From Bacilli bacterium (lineage in GTDB: Bacteria; Bacillota_I; Bacilli_A; RF39; UBA660), in contig JAGAYJ010000032.1 in the NCBI GenBank assembly GCA_017940575.1, positions 11,158 to 75,157 on the forward strand: DNA of 64,000 bases. The letters run 5' to 3'. A program made the position numbers and the translations under genes. Below the pieces are notes generated by a model that did not search any database, was not told the DNA's origin, and was given only the letters and a program-made list of their open reading frames with translations. This document shows, one piece after another, positions 10,271-19,762 of the stretch. Numbering within the stretch: the first letter of the stretch is position 1; each line of letters starts with the position of its first letter.

Positions 10271-10657
10271 ATGATTACTTATAATTACAATTTAACAGGT
10301 GGTGAAGAATTAGGAGTTTGGGTAATAATATCATTTATTGCTGCAATTGTTGGAGGTATAATTTTTTACTTTACTTTCTTATCTAAAGAAAATGAAAATG
10401 CTTATACAGGTTTTACAAAAACACTATATGACTTTTTAAATTTCAATACTCTTACAATTGAAGGATTACTTAAAATTTGCTATTTAATTACTGCAATCTT
10501 TATAACACTTTTATCATTTGGATTTATTACAACAAGTTTTCTAGCATTCATTTTATTTATAACACTTGGTAATTTAATGATGCGTGTTTTATATGAATTT
10601 TCACTACTTGTTATATTAATCTATAAGAATGTTAAAGAAATTAATAATAAGAATTAA
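10271..10657 (+). CDS. Small membrane protein (DUF4282-like)
   Basis: 128 aa with three hydrophobic helices. RBS GGAGG upstream. Confidence 0.4.
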   Translation: MITYNYNLTGGEELGVWVIISFIAAIVGGIIFYFTFLSKENENAYTGFTKTLYDFLNFNTLTIEGLLKICYLITAIFITLLSFGFITTSFLAFILFITLGNLMMRVLYEFSLLVILIYKNVKEINNKN

Positions 10658-10733
10658 GAAAAGGTAACTTTTCTTTTTTCTTGACTTTTTATATCTTTTT
10701 AACTATTATAATACCTAGAAAAAAGGTGATTTA

Positions 10734-11312
10734 ATGAGTTATTCATATAGTGTATGTTATTGCTATGAATGTTTAAAGATAAATTTATCTGATCAAAGTA
10801 AATATGATTCTAATAAATACTATTGTCCTGAATATAGAATGTATGTAAATAAAAATGATAGAGCTTGTTCTAAATACTTTGTTTACAATGAATCATTAAA
10901 ACGAAGTGACTGTTTTATTACAACAGCGCTTTGTGATATATTAAATCTAAGTGATGATAATATTTATTTAAATAAACTTAGAAGTTTTAGAGAAGATTAT
11001 ATGAGATATGATACTACATTAATTCCCCTACTTATTGAATATGATATAGTTGGGCCTGTTATAGCTTATAATTTAAAAAATGATATATTTAAAGATATTA
11101 AAAGTTTAATGTTATTAGAGCTTTATATTAAACCTATTTGTAAATTACTTGATGATAAAGAATATACTAGTGCAATTAGTAAATATAAAGATATGACTAA
11201 TGAATTAATAGAATCATATAATTTAGATATAAAAGAATATGATATAAATGATATTGATTTAAATAATATTGGAAAAGGACATAAAATAAAATTAAAAACC
11301 AAGGAAACATAA
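10734..11312 (+). CDS. Cys-rich hypothetical protein
   Basis: 192 aa. N-terminal CxC/CxxC cysteines and a CFITTALC motif. No family recognised with confidence. Confidence 0.4.
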   Translation: MSYSYSVCYCYECLKINLSDQSKYDSNKYYCPEYRMYVNKNDRACSKYFVYNESLKRSDCFITTALCDILNLSDDNIYLNKLRSFREDYMRYDTTLIPLLIEYDIVGPVIAYNLKNDIFKDIKSLMLLELYIKPICKLLDDKEYTSAISKYKDMTNELIESYNLDIKEYDINDIDLNNIGKGHKIKLKTKET

Positions 11313-11326
11313 CCTTGGTTTTATTT
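11297..11326. terminator. Bidirectional terminator between convergent genes
   Basis: 8-bp stem AACCAAGG/CCTTGGTT that encloses the stop codon of the plus-strand gene, with T-runs on both sides. Confidence 0.6.
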
Positions 11327-11863
11327 GAATGTATCTGTAAAAAGATATAAAAACATAGACATAAAAAGGATTATATAAAAAACAACATCAATTATACTAG
11401 TATTTTTATATTTAAATAAGTATTTTTGATAATCATGAGGATGTATTTTTTTATAATACTTTATTTTTAACTTATCATAAAATAATATTATAGTATTTGA
11501 AATGGATCCCATAATAAATCTAAATGCAATAAATAATAAAACAATTATAACAGGTACATAAGCATTAAAATAAGGTATTCTACCTATATAATAATTGGTA
11601 AGCATAAATATTAAAAACTCAATTAAATTTATAAAAAGAGATGTAAAAATACATTTATAATAAGCCAAATATATCCCGCCTAAAAACATTGGTACAATAC
11701 TATTTTCATTTCTATTTAACTTATCAAAGTTACCATTTATATTTTTTTCATCTATGTATTTTTCAGGTTTTTCTTTTAAACTAACTTTATTACCATTTTC
11801 TAAATATCCGCATCTAGGGCAACACTTATCAACTAGCTTTATATTACAGTTTGGGCATTTCAT
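11321..11863 (-). CDS. Zinc-ribbon membrane protein (DUF2628-like)
   Basis: N-terminal CPNC...CPRCG zinc ribbon followed by several TM helices. Confidence 0.45.
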   Translation of the reverse strand: MKCPNCNIKLVDKCCPRCGYLENGNKVSLKEKPEKYIDEKNINGNFDKLNRNENSIVPMFLGGIYLAYYKCIFTSLFINLIEFLIFMLTNYYIGRIPYFNAYVPVIIVLLFIAFRFIMGSISNTIILFYDKLKIKYYKKIHPHDYQKYLFKYKNTSIIDVVFYIILFMSMFLYLFTDTFK

Positions 11864-11944
11864 ACTATCACCTATTTAAATTATATAATAAATATTTAAA
11901 AAAAGAAACAAAAATACTAAGCATTATACTTAGTATTTTATTTA

Positions 11945-12628
11945 TTATAAACTTAATAATTTTGGTAAAACATAATATACAATAAAGAATGTTAATAAAA
12001 GTGCTGGAACATATAAACATGCAATTTTATTTTTATCTATTTTAGTAATTTCCATTAATCCTTGAATAAAATATACCATATAGAACATTGATGCAATAAC
12101 TAATACAAGTAACATTAATTTCATTGATACAAAGATTAATAAAATTGATGCTAAAACAACTGGTGCCATAAATACTGATAAAACACCTATAAATGCAATT
12201 GTTTCTTTAACAGTTAATTTATCTTTAAATAATTTATTAGCAATTAAATAAATTATAAATGCTAATACTGCATACCATATAACTGATACTAAAAATCCAG
12301 ATATAAATGTTTTTAAAAATGGAACTTTATACATAGAACGCATACTAAACATAAAGCCAGTACTTAATTTACTAACACCCTCACTTAATATTAAATATGT
12401 AAATAGTCCAGATAATATTGATACTATGCAAAGTGATATAAGTCCAAATAAAAAGTTATCTTCATTTGAGTTTTCCTTAATTGTATCTACTGGTTTTAAA
12501 AATATACTTTTTAAAATTTCAATATACTTATTACAAAAATTAGATACTTGATTATTTTCCTTAACTTTTACACAATCACATCTTCCATCTTTTAATTCTT
12601 TACCACAGTTTGTACAAAATTTTGACAT
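11945..12628 (-). CDS. Zinc-ribbon plus Yip1-like polytopic membrane protein
   Basis: N-terminal CTNCG...C.C followed by about 5 TM helices. Confidence 0.45.
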   Translation of the reverse strand: MSKFCTNCGKELKDGRCDCVKVKENNQVSNFCNKYIEILKSIFLKPVDTIKENSNEDNFLFGLISLCIVSILSGLFTYLILSEGVSKLSTGFMFSMRSMYKVPFLKTFISGFLVSVIWYAVLAFIIYLIANKLFKDKLTVKETIAFIGVLSVFMAPVVLASILLIFVSMKLMLLVLVIASMFYMVYFIQGLMEITKIDKNKIACLYVPALLLTFFIVYYVLPKLLSL

Positions 12629-12639
12629 TTAATTACCTC

Positions 12640-13833
12640 CTAATAAAAATATGTTTTTAAATTTTTAACATCAACCAAATTATAATTTTTAGAACTAATA
12701 TCAAATACTAGTGTAAAATAATTAGTATTTGTCTTTGGTTCTACTTCTTCTGAAACATCAAGTGTTGGATAAGTAACTTTGTATGTAAATTTAGTTTTAA
12801 GTGATACAACTAAATTTCCATCATTATCAATTGTTGCATTATAAATATCTATATCATCAAATGTAATACTAGTTAATTTAACACTTGAGTGATTATTTAA
12901 ATTTTTAGAAAAACTTGTATAACTTTTCTCTAAATTTGTTAAATCTTTTGCCTTGAAGTTAGATTTGATTTCATCAAATGATTTACTTTCAATTGCACTT
13001 TTATAAACTATCTCTAATGATTCTTTTGATGCTTTAGTTATTTTTTTAGCATCTTCTTCACTTAAATTCTTTCCAGTTAATTTTAATTGATATTGTTTAA
13101 GAATTATACTTGGTCTTACCTCTTCTTTTACTTTTATTCCATTTTTTAAAGTAACTTCTATATCAGTTTTTGCTATAAATACTTGAGGTAATTTATATAC
13201 ATCAATTTTTTCGTATGAAGAATCTTTATCTAAGTATTTACTTGATACATTAATTCCTCCATAAGTAACTTTAGTATCTTTTGGAACTATTATTTTATAA
13301 TCTTTTAAAATAATATTAGTAGCATTATAATCACTAATAGTCCACTTATCAAAAAATAAGAATTTTTTATCTTTATCTTTATTAAGAATTATATAGCGAT
13401 TATTTTCACTACTTCCACCTTTTGTTGTATATGTGAATTTAACTTTAGCACTTAAATTACTAGTACCATATATAACTTCACCTATTTTATAGTTTTCAAT
13501 ATTAGAGTCTTTAGTATTACTTTCAATTATTTTTTTAAATGTTTTTTTAGATATAAATGTTTTATCACCATCTAAGTCAAGTAAACTATATAAAGCATTA
13601 CTATCTTTATTTATACTAGCTTTAATATATTTACTAGCTACATGTTTTGGACTAGTTAAGATATTTAGTGTTACTAAACATATAACTAATAGTGCAACAA
13701 CAGCACTAATAATTATAGCTAATTTATTGTTTTTAAAATCAAATTTAGTTTTTTCTTTTTTTACTTTTGCTCCACATTCACCACAAAATTTTGATCCTTT
13801 TTTTATTTTTTTACCGCATTCACTACAATACAT
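12640..13833 (-). CDS. Zinc-ribbon, single-TM protein with a large extracytoplasmic domain
   Basis: MYCSECGKK...CGECG, one TM helix, then about 330 aa of beta-rich sequence. Confidence 0.45.
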   Translation of the reverse strand: MYCSECGKKIKKGSKFCGECGAKVKKEKTKFDFKNNKLAIIISAVVALLVICLVTLNILTSPKHVASKYIKASINKDSNALYSLLDLDGDKTFISKKTFKKIIESNTKDSNIENYKIGEVIYGTSNLSAKVKFTYTTKGGSSENNRYIILNKDKDKKFLFFDKWTISDYNATNIILKDYKIIVPKDTKVTYGGINVSSKYLDKDSSYEKIDVYKLPQVFIAKTDIEVTLKNGIKVKEEVRPSIILKQYQLKLTGKNLSEEDAKKITKASKESLEIVYKSAIESKSFDEIKSNFKAKDLTNLEKSYTSFSKNLNNHSSVKLTSITFDDIDIYNATIDNDGNLVVSLKTKFTYKVTYPTLDVSEEVEPKTNTNYFTLVFDISSKNYNLVDVKNLKTYFY

Positions 13834-13955
13834 TTTTACACTTCCTTTCTATTAAAGATTATAATTATTTAACACTTATTTGTCAATTTTAGTTTACATA
13901 TCTTTAAATAGAATTATCAAGAACTAATCATGTTATAAATACATATAATAGTTTT

Positions 13956-14864
13956 TTATTTGATATTATAATTAATTATTATTCTTTTTATATCATTCAA
14001 AATAGTTTCTTTTATATTTCTATCCTCTAACACATTAATACTAGATTTTCTATATCCAATATGATTAATAGAATTGCCAGAATGATATATTTTATTTTTA
14101 TCAATTATAATATACCTATCATGAAAAGTATCGTTAAATATAACCATTAAATTACTATATGTATCATTATATTTTTCTATATCTAAACTAGTTAGTTTAG
14201 ACTTTGCACTTGTAATTAATATAACTTTACTTTTTAAATTCTTGATCATATCTAGAATTGTTTTATCTGTATACCTGTCAACTATTATTAATTCCTTTTT
14301 TGCTTCACTAAAAATATCTATAATTTTAGAATATGCATCATATATTTTACCATTAAAATAAATTTCATTAACTTTTCTTTTTTCTTCAAACTTCTGAAAT
14401 GATTCTTTCAATAATTTTATATCTTCTGTATTTTTTAAAACTTGTTTATTTACAAATTTTTGTTCTATTAAATTATCACTAATATAGCGTCTTAAAGCAA
14501 TAAATGCATCCATTATTTTAATACTTATTTCTTCTGCGACTTCTGTTTTTAATACTGTTGCAAGCATGGCAACACCTTGTTCTGTAAAAACATATGGCAA
14601 ATACTTAGAATATTTACCTTGTTCTAATTCTAAGGTTTCAGATTGAAACCTTAGAATTTCATAATATTCTTCTCTAGTTAATTTAAACATAAATCTTTCT
14701 GGAAATCTATTTATATGTCTTTTTACTGCTAAGTTAAGAGTTTTAGTTCCATTTTTACACTTATATAATTTAGCTAAATCACTGTCAAGCATAACTTGAC
14801 GTCCTCTTATTTCATAAATCATATTTTCTATATTTGTTTCTTCTTTAAGCACTATATTATTCAT
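13956..14864 (-). CDS. ORF6N-domain DNA-binding protein with a C-terminal PLD-like (HxR variant) domain
   Basis: IRGRQVMLDSDLAKLY...KRHINRFPERFMFKLT...YVFTEQGVAMLA is the ORF6N domain. The C-terminus has FHDRYIIID...YHSGNSIN. Confidence 0.7.
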   Translation of the reverse strand: MNNIVLKEETNIENMIYEIRGRQVMLDSDLAKLYKCKNGTKTLNLAVKRHINRFPERFMFKLTREEYYEILRFQSETLELEQGKYSKYLPYVFTEQGVAMLATVLKTEVAEEISIKIMDAFIALRRYISDNLIEQKFVNKQVLKNTEDIKLLKESFQKFEEKRKVNEIYFNGKIYDAYSKIIDIFSEAKKELIIVDRYTDKTILDMIKNLKSKVILITSAKSKLTSLDIEKYNDTYSNLMVIFNDTFHDRYIIIDKNKIYHSGNSINHIGYRKSSINVLEDRNIKETILNDIKRIIINYNIK

Positions 14865-14919
14865 AAAACCTCCCGATTTAATAACAAAGTTGAATATGAA
14901 TTATCAATTTGTCAACTAC

Positions 14920-14948
14920 AATATAATAAACATTTGTTCACGTGTTAA
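14920..14948 (-). promoter_or_regulatory. Candidate promoter of the ORF6N gene with a degenerate LexA (Cheo) box in the spacer
   Basis: Minus strand: TTAACA-cgtGAACAAATGTTTat-TATATT (17-nt spacer). The box GAACAAATGTTT closely resembles lexA box 2 (GAACAAAAGTTT). Confidence 0.35.
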
Positions 14949-14975
14949 TGTTTTTTATGAATAAAAATAAACTAT

Positions 14976-15080
14976 TTAAACATCAATTTGTTTTCTTGAT
15001 ATATTAAGTAATATTCCCATAGAACAAAGTGTAATAAGTAAACTAGAGCCACCATATGAAAAAAATGGGAGTGTTACTCC
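14976..15080 (-). pseudogene. Displaced 3'-end remnant of ftsW
   Basis: Translates to [34 protein letters not shown], against the live ftsW tail ...[11 protein letters not shown]. There is no start codon and no upstream gene body. Confidence 0.8.
15012..15080. repeat. 69-bp direct repeat, copy A (68/69 identical to 15768-15836)
   Basis: Aligned by hand. The only mismatch is A versus G inside tatgaAaaaaatggg/tatgaGaaaaatggg. Confidence 0.9.
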
Positions 15081-15162
15081 ATAAGCATTACACTCACAAC
15101 TGAAATTTATCAGGTAACAAATACACTATAAATGTTTTTTGTAAACTGCATTACCTAAAAAG

Positions 15163-15708
15163 TCATTTATTTATTATAGTATAAACTTTTTGATTATAAT
15201 AATTTTCACCTAGTTTATAGCTATCTTTTCTTTCTGATTCAAAATGCATGCCAATACTTTCAGCAAGTTTTATTGACGCTTCATTTTCTACAACAATATT
15301 AGCATCAATTCTATGAAATTTTAATTTATTAAATCCAAAATCAATTACTTTTGTAACCGCTTCTTTTCCGTAACCTCTATTATTATATTTATAACTAATG
15401 ATATACCCAATTTTGCAATTATTATTTAGAATATCCTTTGTGTGTAATTGAACAAGCCCAATAATTTCATTAGTCTCTTTTAATACAACTCCCCATCTAA
15501 AATGATTTCCATTTGCATACCATTCTTTATATTTTTCTACTAATGGTTTATATGACTCAAATGAATCAAATGGCAATTGATAATAATACTTAAAATAATC
15601 AAAATTATTATATATATTTTGATATAACATCTCTGCGTCTTCGTCTACAACTTTTCTTAAAATTAATCTTTCTGTTTCTAGTTCTTCAAATAAATCATCT
15701 TTTTCCAT
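15163..15708 (-). CDS. GNAT-family N-acetyltransferase (RimJ/RimL-like)
   Basis: 181 aa. ERLILRK..., the GYIISYKYNNRGYGKEAV acetyl-CoA loop and RIDANIVVENEASIKLAESIGM. Confidence 0.8.
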   Translation of the reverse strand: MEKDDLFEELETERLILRKVVDEDAEMLYQNIYNNFDYFKYYYQLPFDSFESYKPLVEKYKEWYANGNHFRWGVVLKETNEIIGLVQLHTKDILNNNCKIGYIISYKYNNRGYGKEAVTKVIDFGFNKLKFHRIDANIVVENEASIKLAESIGMHFESERKDSYKLGENYYNQKVYTIINK

Positions 15709-15737
15709 ATTTACACCTCAATAGTAATTATATCATA

Positions 15738-16823
15738 TTATGAACTATTTCTAGAAATATTTAAAAGTATTCCCATAGAACAAAGTGTAATAAGTAAACT
15801 AGAGCCACCATATGAGAAAAATGGGAGTGTTACTCCTGTAACTGGAATAAGACCTACTACCACCATTAAATTAAGTATTGCTTGAAAAGATAGTTCAAAT
15901 GTTATTCCAAAAGCTAAATACTTTCTAAATAGATCTTGTGAATTTATAGCTATTTTAAAGCCTTTATAAATAATTATTAAGAATAAAGTAGATACAATTA
16001 TTATTCCCATAAAGCCAAATTCCTCAGCTATTATAGAGAATATAAAATCAGTTTGAGGTTCAGGAAGATAAAAATGTTTTTGTCTTGAATTTAGAAAACC
16101 ATATCCAAATAAACCTGATGGACCTATAGCATATAAACTCTGTATTATTTGAAATCCACTACCTAAAGGATCACTCCATGGATTTATAAAAGATATTATT
16201 CTCTTTAGTCTATATGGAGCCATAATAATTAAACCAATTATTCCTGCAACTCCAATTAATCCAAGTTTTATAAAAAACTTTAGATTTGCGCCTGCAACAA
16301 ACAAAAGCCCTATAATAGACATTACAATTATTACACCAGTACCAAAGTCAGGTTGTAACATAATAAGTAAAAATATAAACATAGTAACACCTAATATAGG
16401 AAGAACACACTCTTTTAATTTTTTTATATTTTTTTGATTAAGTGATAAATATTTAGAGGCATAAATAATAAGTATTAATTTAGCTGCTTCACTAGGCTGG
16501 ATTCCTAAAGGACCTATTCCAAACCAACTACGTGATCCATTTCTAACGGTTCCTATACCTGGTATAAGTACAAGTATTAATAAAACAATTATAGCAAGTA
16601 GTAATTTATTTGAATTATCATATATTTTTTTATAATCAATTTTACTAATTATAATCATTAAAAATATTCCTAATATAAAGAATAACAATTGATGTTTAAC
16701 AAACTTAAATTGATCATTAAACTTATATTCGGCCCATATATTTGAGGCTGAATAAATCATAATTATACCAAAGATAGATGCAAGTATAACTGTTATAAAA
16801 AGTGTTTTATCAAACTTTCTCAT
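15738..16823 (-). CDS. ftsW: SEDS-family peptidoglycan glycosyltransferase FtsW/RodA/SpoVE
   Basis: Polytopic protein with PEPQTDFIFSIIAEEFGF and [14 protein letters not shown]. The start is set at the ATG (MRKFDKTLF...) that overlaps the mraY stop as ATGA. The ORF-track start at 16907 would overlap mraY by 88 nt. Confidence 0.9.
   Translation of the reverse strand: MRKFDKTLFITVILASIFGIIMIYSASNIWAEYKFNDQFKFVKHQLLFFILGIFLMIIISKIDYKKIYDNSNKLLLAIIVLLILVLIPGIGTVRNGSRSWFGIGPLGIQPSEAAKLILIIYASKYLSLNQKNIKKLKECVLPILGVTMFIFLLIMLQPDFGTGVIIVMSIIGLLFVAGANLKFFIKLGLIGVAGIIGLIIMAPYRLKRIISFINPWSDPLGSGFQIIQSLYAIGPSGLFGYGFLNSRQKHFYLPEPQTDFIFSIIAEEFGFMGIIIVSTLFLIIIYKGFKIAINSQDLFRKYLAFGITFELSFQAILNLMVVVGLIPVTGVTLPFFSYGGSSLLITLCSMGILLNISRNSS
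15768..15836. repeat. 69-bp direct repeat, copy B (inside the live ftsW 3' end)
   Basis: See copy A. The two copies bracket only the GNAT gene. Confidence 0.9.
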
Positions 16824-17812
16824 AGCCACACTCCATAAATAAGTGCAACTATGGCTGCAATTAAACCAATTGTCCAAAATAGTTTTACTATATCTCTTTC
16901 TTTCCAACCCATTTTTTCTAATGAGTGATGAATAGGTGCCATTGGAAAAAGTCTTTTTTTAGTTAATTTATAATAATATCTTTGAATAATACAAGACATA
17001 GTCTCAATTACAAATACAATGCCAATTAAAACAAGTAAAAGTTCATGACGAGTTAAAATTGCAATACTACCTAAGGTTGCACCCAAAGTTAAAGAACCAG
17101 TATCACCCATAAATATTTTAGCTGGATTTACATTATAAAATAGAAAACCTAAGATGGATCCAGCTAGTACAAAACAAAACAAACTAATTTCTAAATATCC
17201 TTCTAACCAACCTGTATTTAAGCTTAAAACACCAAATGTTAAAAACGCTATAAAAGATAAACCTCCAGCAAGCCCATCCAAGCCATCTGTTAAATTAACA
17301 GCATTTGAACTTGCAACTAAAACAAAAAGAATAAATAATCCATAAAACCATCCAATATCTAATTTTATATGAAGTGAATGTATCCATAGTAATGGTTCAT
17401 TATCAGCTCTTAAAAAAAGAAGAAAGAAAACAACTGCTATTATTGCTTGATAAAGAAGTTTTTGTGTCTCACTAAGCCCATCATTATTATGTCTTTTTAT
17501 TATTAAATAATCATCTATAAATCCTATTAAAAAGTAACCAAGAAAGGTAAATAAAACAATAAATAAATTATATGATAAATCTATTTTTTTTAATATATAA
17601 AAGAATGTTAAGATAACAATTGAAGATATAATAAATATAATGCCACCCATGGTTGGTGTATGCTTTTTTGTTTTGTGTCTTTCACTTAAATAAATGCTCA
17701 AATTTTGATTTATATTAAAATGGTGTAAGAAAGGAATTATTATAAATCCAAGTACTATAGAAAAGATAAATGCTGATAAGAAACCTATCAATAAAAGTAT
17801 TAATGTTCTCAA
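16820..17812 (-). CDS. mraY: Phospho-N-acetylmuramoyl-pentapeptide transferase MraY
   Basis: 330 aa. GFIDDY, NAVNLTDGLDGLA, MGDTGSLTLG and PIHHSLE motifs. Confidence 0.93.
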   Translation of the reverse strand: MRTLILLLIGFLSAFIFSIVLGFIIIPFLHHFNINQNLSIYLSERHKTKKHTPTMGGIIFIISSIVILTFFYILKKIDLSYNLFIVLFTFLGYFLIGFIDDYLIIKRHNNDGLSETQKLLYQAIIAVVFFLLFLRADNEPLLWIHSLHIKLDIGWFYGLFILFVLVASSNAVNLTDGLDGLAGGLSFIAFLTFGVLSLNTGWLEGYLEISLFCFVLAGSILGFLFYNVNPAKIFMGDTGSLTLGATLGSIAILTRHELLLVLIGIVFVIETMSCIIQRYYYKLTKKRLFPMAPIHHSLEKMGWKERDIVKLFWTIGLIAAIVALIYGVWL

Positions 17813-17821
17813 CTTTGCACC

Positions 17822-19726
17822 TCACTTAAGCATTAATTTTACAACTTCACCTTCATATATTCTCTCACCACTTTTAGGTGTTTGATAAATTACGCTATTA
17901 CCAGCACCTGAGTATTCTACTTTAAAGGGTTTTAGTTCCGTTATTGCTTCTTTTAGAGTTTTGCCAACAACATTAGGAACTGTTACATATTTTTTTTCAT
18001 TAAAGTTATAATTCTTTTCACTTGCACCACTTGGTTTTTTTATGTTTAAAATATCAATTGAATCTTTTAATATATTTCTAACTATTGGAGCTGCTATAGT
18101 ACCTCCGTACTGTGTAATTCCTTTAGCATTATCAATTGCAACATAAACTACTATCTCAGGTTTATTAGCTGGCATAAAGCCCATAAATGAAACTATATAG
18201 TTGCCACTCATATAATGTCCGTCTTTAACTTTCTGAGCAGTACCAGTCTTACCACCTACTCTATAACCATCTATAAATGCATTTCTACCTGTACCATTTG
18301 TAACAACACTTTCTAGTGCATATCTAACCTTCTCACTAGTAGACTCTGATATAACTTTTCTAACTATTTTAGGACTATTTTGTTTTATAACAGTATTAGT
18401 CTCAGGTTCATTTATACTTTTTACTATATATGGCTTATATAAAATACCACCATTAATAGCTGCTGATACGGCTGTAATTTGTTGAATTGGCGTTACACTT
18501 ACACCTTGTCCAAAAGATGTAGTTGCAAGTTCAACTGGACCTACTTTATCTAAGTTAAAAAGAATTCCTTTAGCCTCACCATTTAAATCAACACCTGTTT
18601 TATTACCGAATCCAAACTTTTTAATATATTCAAATAGTTTTTCTTTACCTATCTTTTGTCCCATTACAACAAATCCTGGATTACAAGAGTTTTCTACTAC
18701 TTGAAGGAAAGTCTCTTCGCCATGTCCTCCTGCTTTCCAACATTTTATTCTTGCATTTTCAACACTTATTCTACCAGAATCATAGTAGTGATCATTCTCT
18801 AAGTCTATTAAATTTTCATCAAGTGCGGTTGCTAAAGTAATTATTTTAAAAGTACTTCCAGGTTCATATGTTGCCCAAATAGGTAGATTTCTATTTAGTT
18901 CTTCTACATTATATTTTTGATAATTTGAAGGTGAAAAATTAGGACGTGCTGTAATAGCTAAAATTTCACCATTATTCGGATTCATTATAATTCCTATTGC
19001 TTGATCTGGATTATATTTGCCCCATGCATTATCTATTTCTCTTTCTAATACTTTTTGAAGCTCTGCATTTATAGTAAGAGTTAAATTCATTCCATCTTGT
19101 GGCTCCAAGTACGTCTCTTCTAACTCTAACTTTCCTCCTTTAGCATCACTTATATATTTAATAGCTCCATATTCACCAGTTAAGTATTTATCATACATTA
19201 ACTCTAGCCCACTTAAACCTTGATTATCTATTCCAACATAACCAAGTGTATGAGCAAGCATCTTATCATTTGGATAAAATCTTTTAGATTCTTTTACTAA
19301 ATATACACCATCTAATTTTAGACTATTTATCTTATCTGCTATATCAAATGATAATCTTCTACCTTCTGGATGTACTCTTTCAATAGATGTTTTTTTAGAT
19401 ACATGAGCTAACATATCTTTATATGATGTATTTAAAATATTTGATAATTCCTTAGCTGTTTTTTCCTTGTCTTTTATTTGATTTGGAATAAGTACTAAAG
19501 ATACAGTTGTTTTATTATCAGCTAAAACAACTCCTTTACTATCGTATATTTTTCCTCTATCTGCTTCTATTGGTAAGTTTCTATTCCAAAGTAAATCAGC
19601 AAGTTTATTTAATTTTTTATAGTTAAATACCTGTATATAAAATACTTTAAAAATGATTAAAAAAAACAAAAGTATTATTCCTACAAATACTAGTTTAATT
19701 CTAATATGTATATTTTTATAGAACAT
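17822..19726 (-). CDS. Class B penicillin-binding protein (SpoVD/FtsI-like) with one PASTA domain
   Basis: 634 aa. SxxK (GSTFK), SxN (ENSCN region) and KTG (GGKTGTAQ), plus a C-terminal PASTA domain. Sits upstream of mraY. Confidence 0.9.
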   Translation of the reverse strand: MFYKNIHIRIKLVFVGIILLFFLIIFKVFYIQVFNYKKLNKLADLLWNRNLPIEADRGKIYDSKGVVLADNKTTVSLVLIPNQIKDKEKTAKELSNILNTSYKDMLAHVSKKTSIERVHPEGRRLSFDIADKINSLKLDGVYLVKESKRFYPNDKMLAHTLGYVGIDNQGLSGLELMYDKYLTGEYGAIKYISDAKGGKLELEETYLEPQDGMNLTLTINAELQKVLEREIDNAWGKYNPDQAIGIIMNPNNGEILAITARPNFSPSNYQKYNVEELNRNLPIWATYEPGSTFKIITLATALDENLIDLENDHYYDSGRISVENARIKCWKAGGHGEETFLQVVENSCNPGFVVMGQKIGKEKLFEYIKKFGFGNKTGVDLNGEAKGILFNLDKVGPVELATTSFGQGVSVTPIQQITAVSAAINGGILYKPYIVKSINEPETNTVIKQNSPKIVRKVISESTSEKVRYALESVVTNGTGRNAFIDGYRVGGKTGTAQKVKDGHYMSGNYIVSFMGFMPANKPEIVVYVAIDNAKGITQYGGTIAAPIVRNILKDSIDILNIKKPSGASEKNYNFNEKKYVTVPNVVGKTLKEAITELKPFKVEYSGAGNSVIYQTPKSGERIYEGEVVKLMLK

Positions 19727-19762
19727 AGTATCACCAGTTAATTATATGAAAAAAGAACAGAA

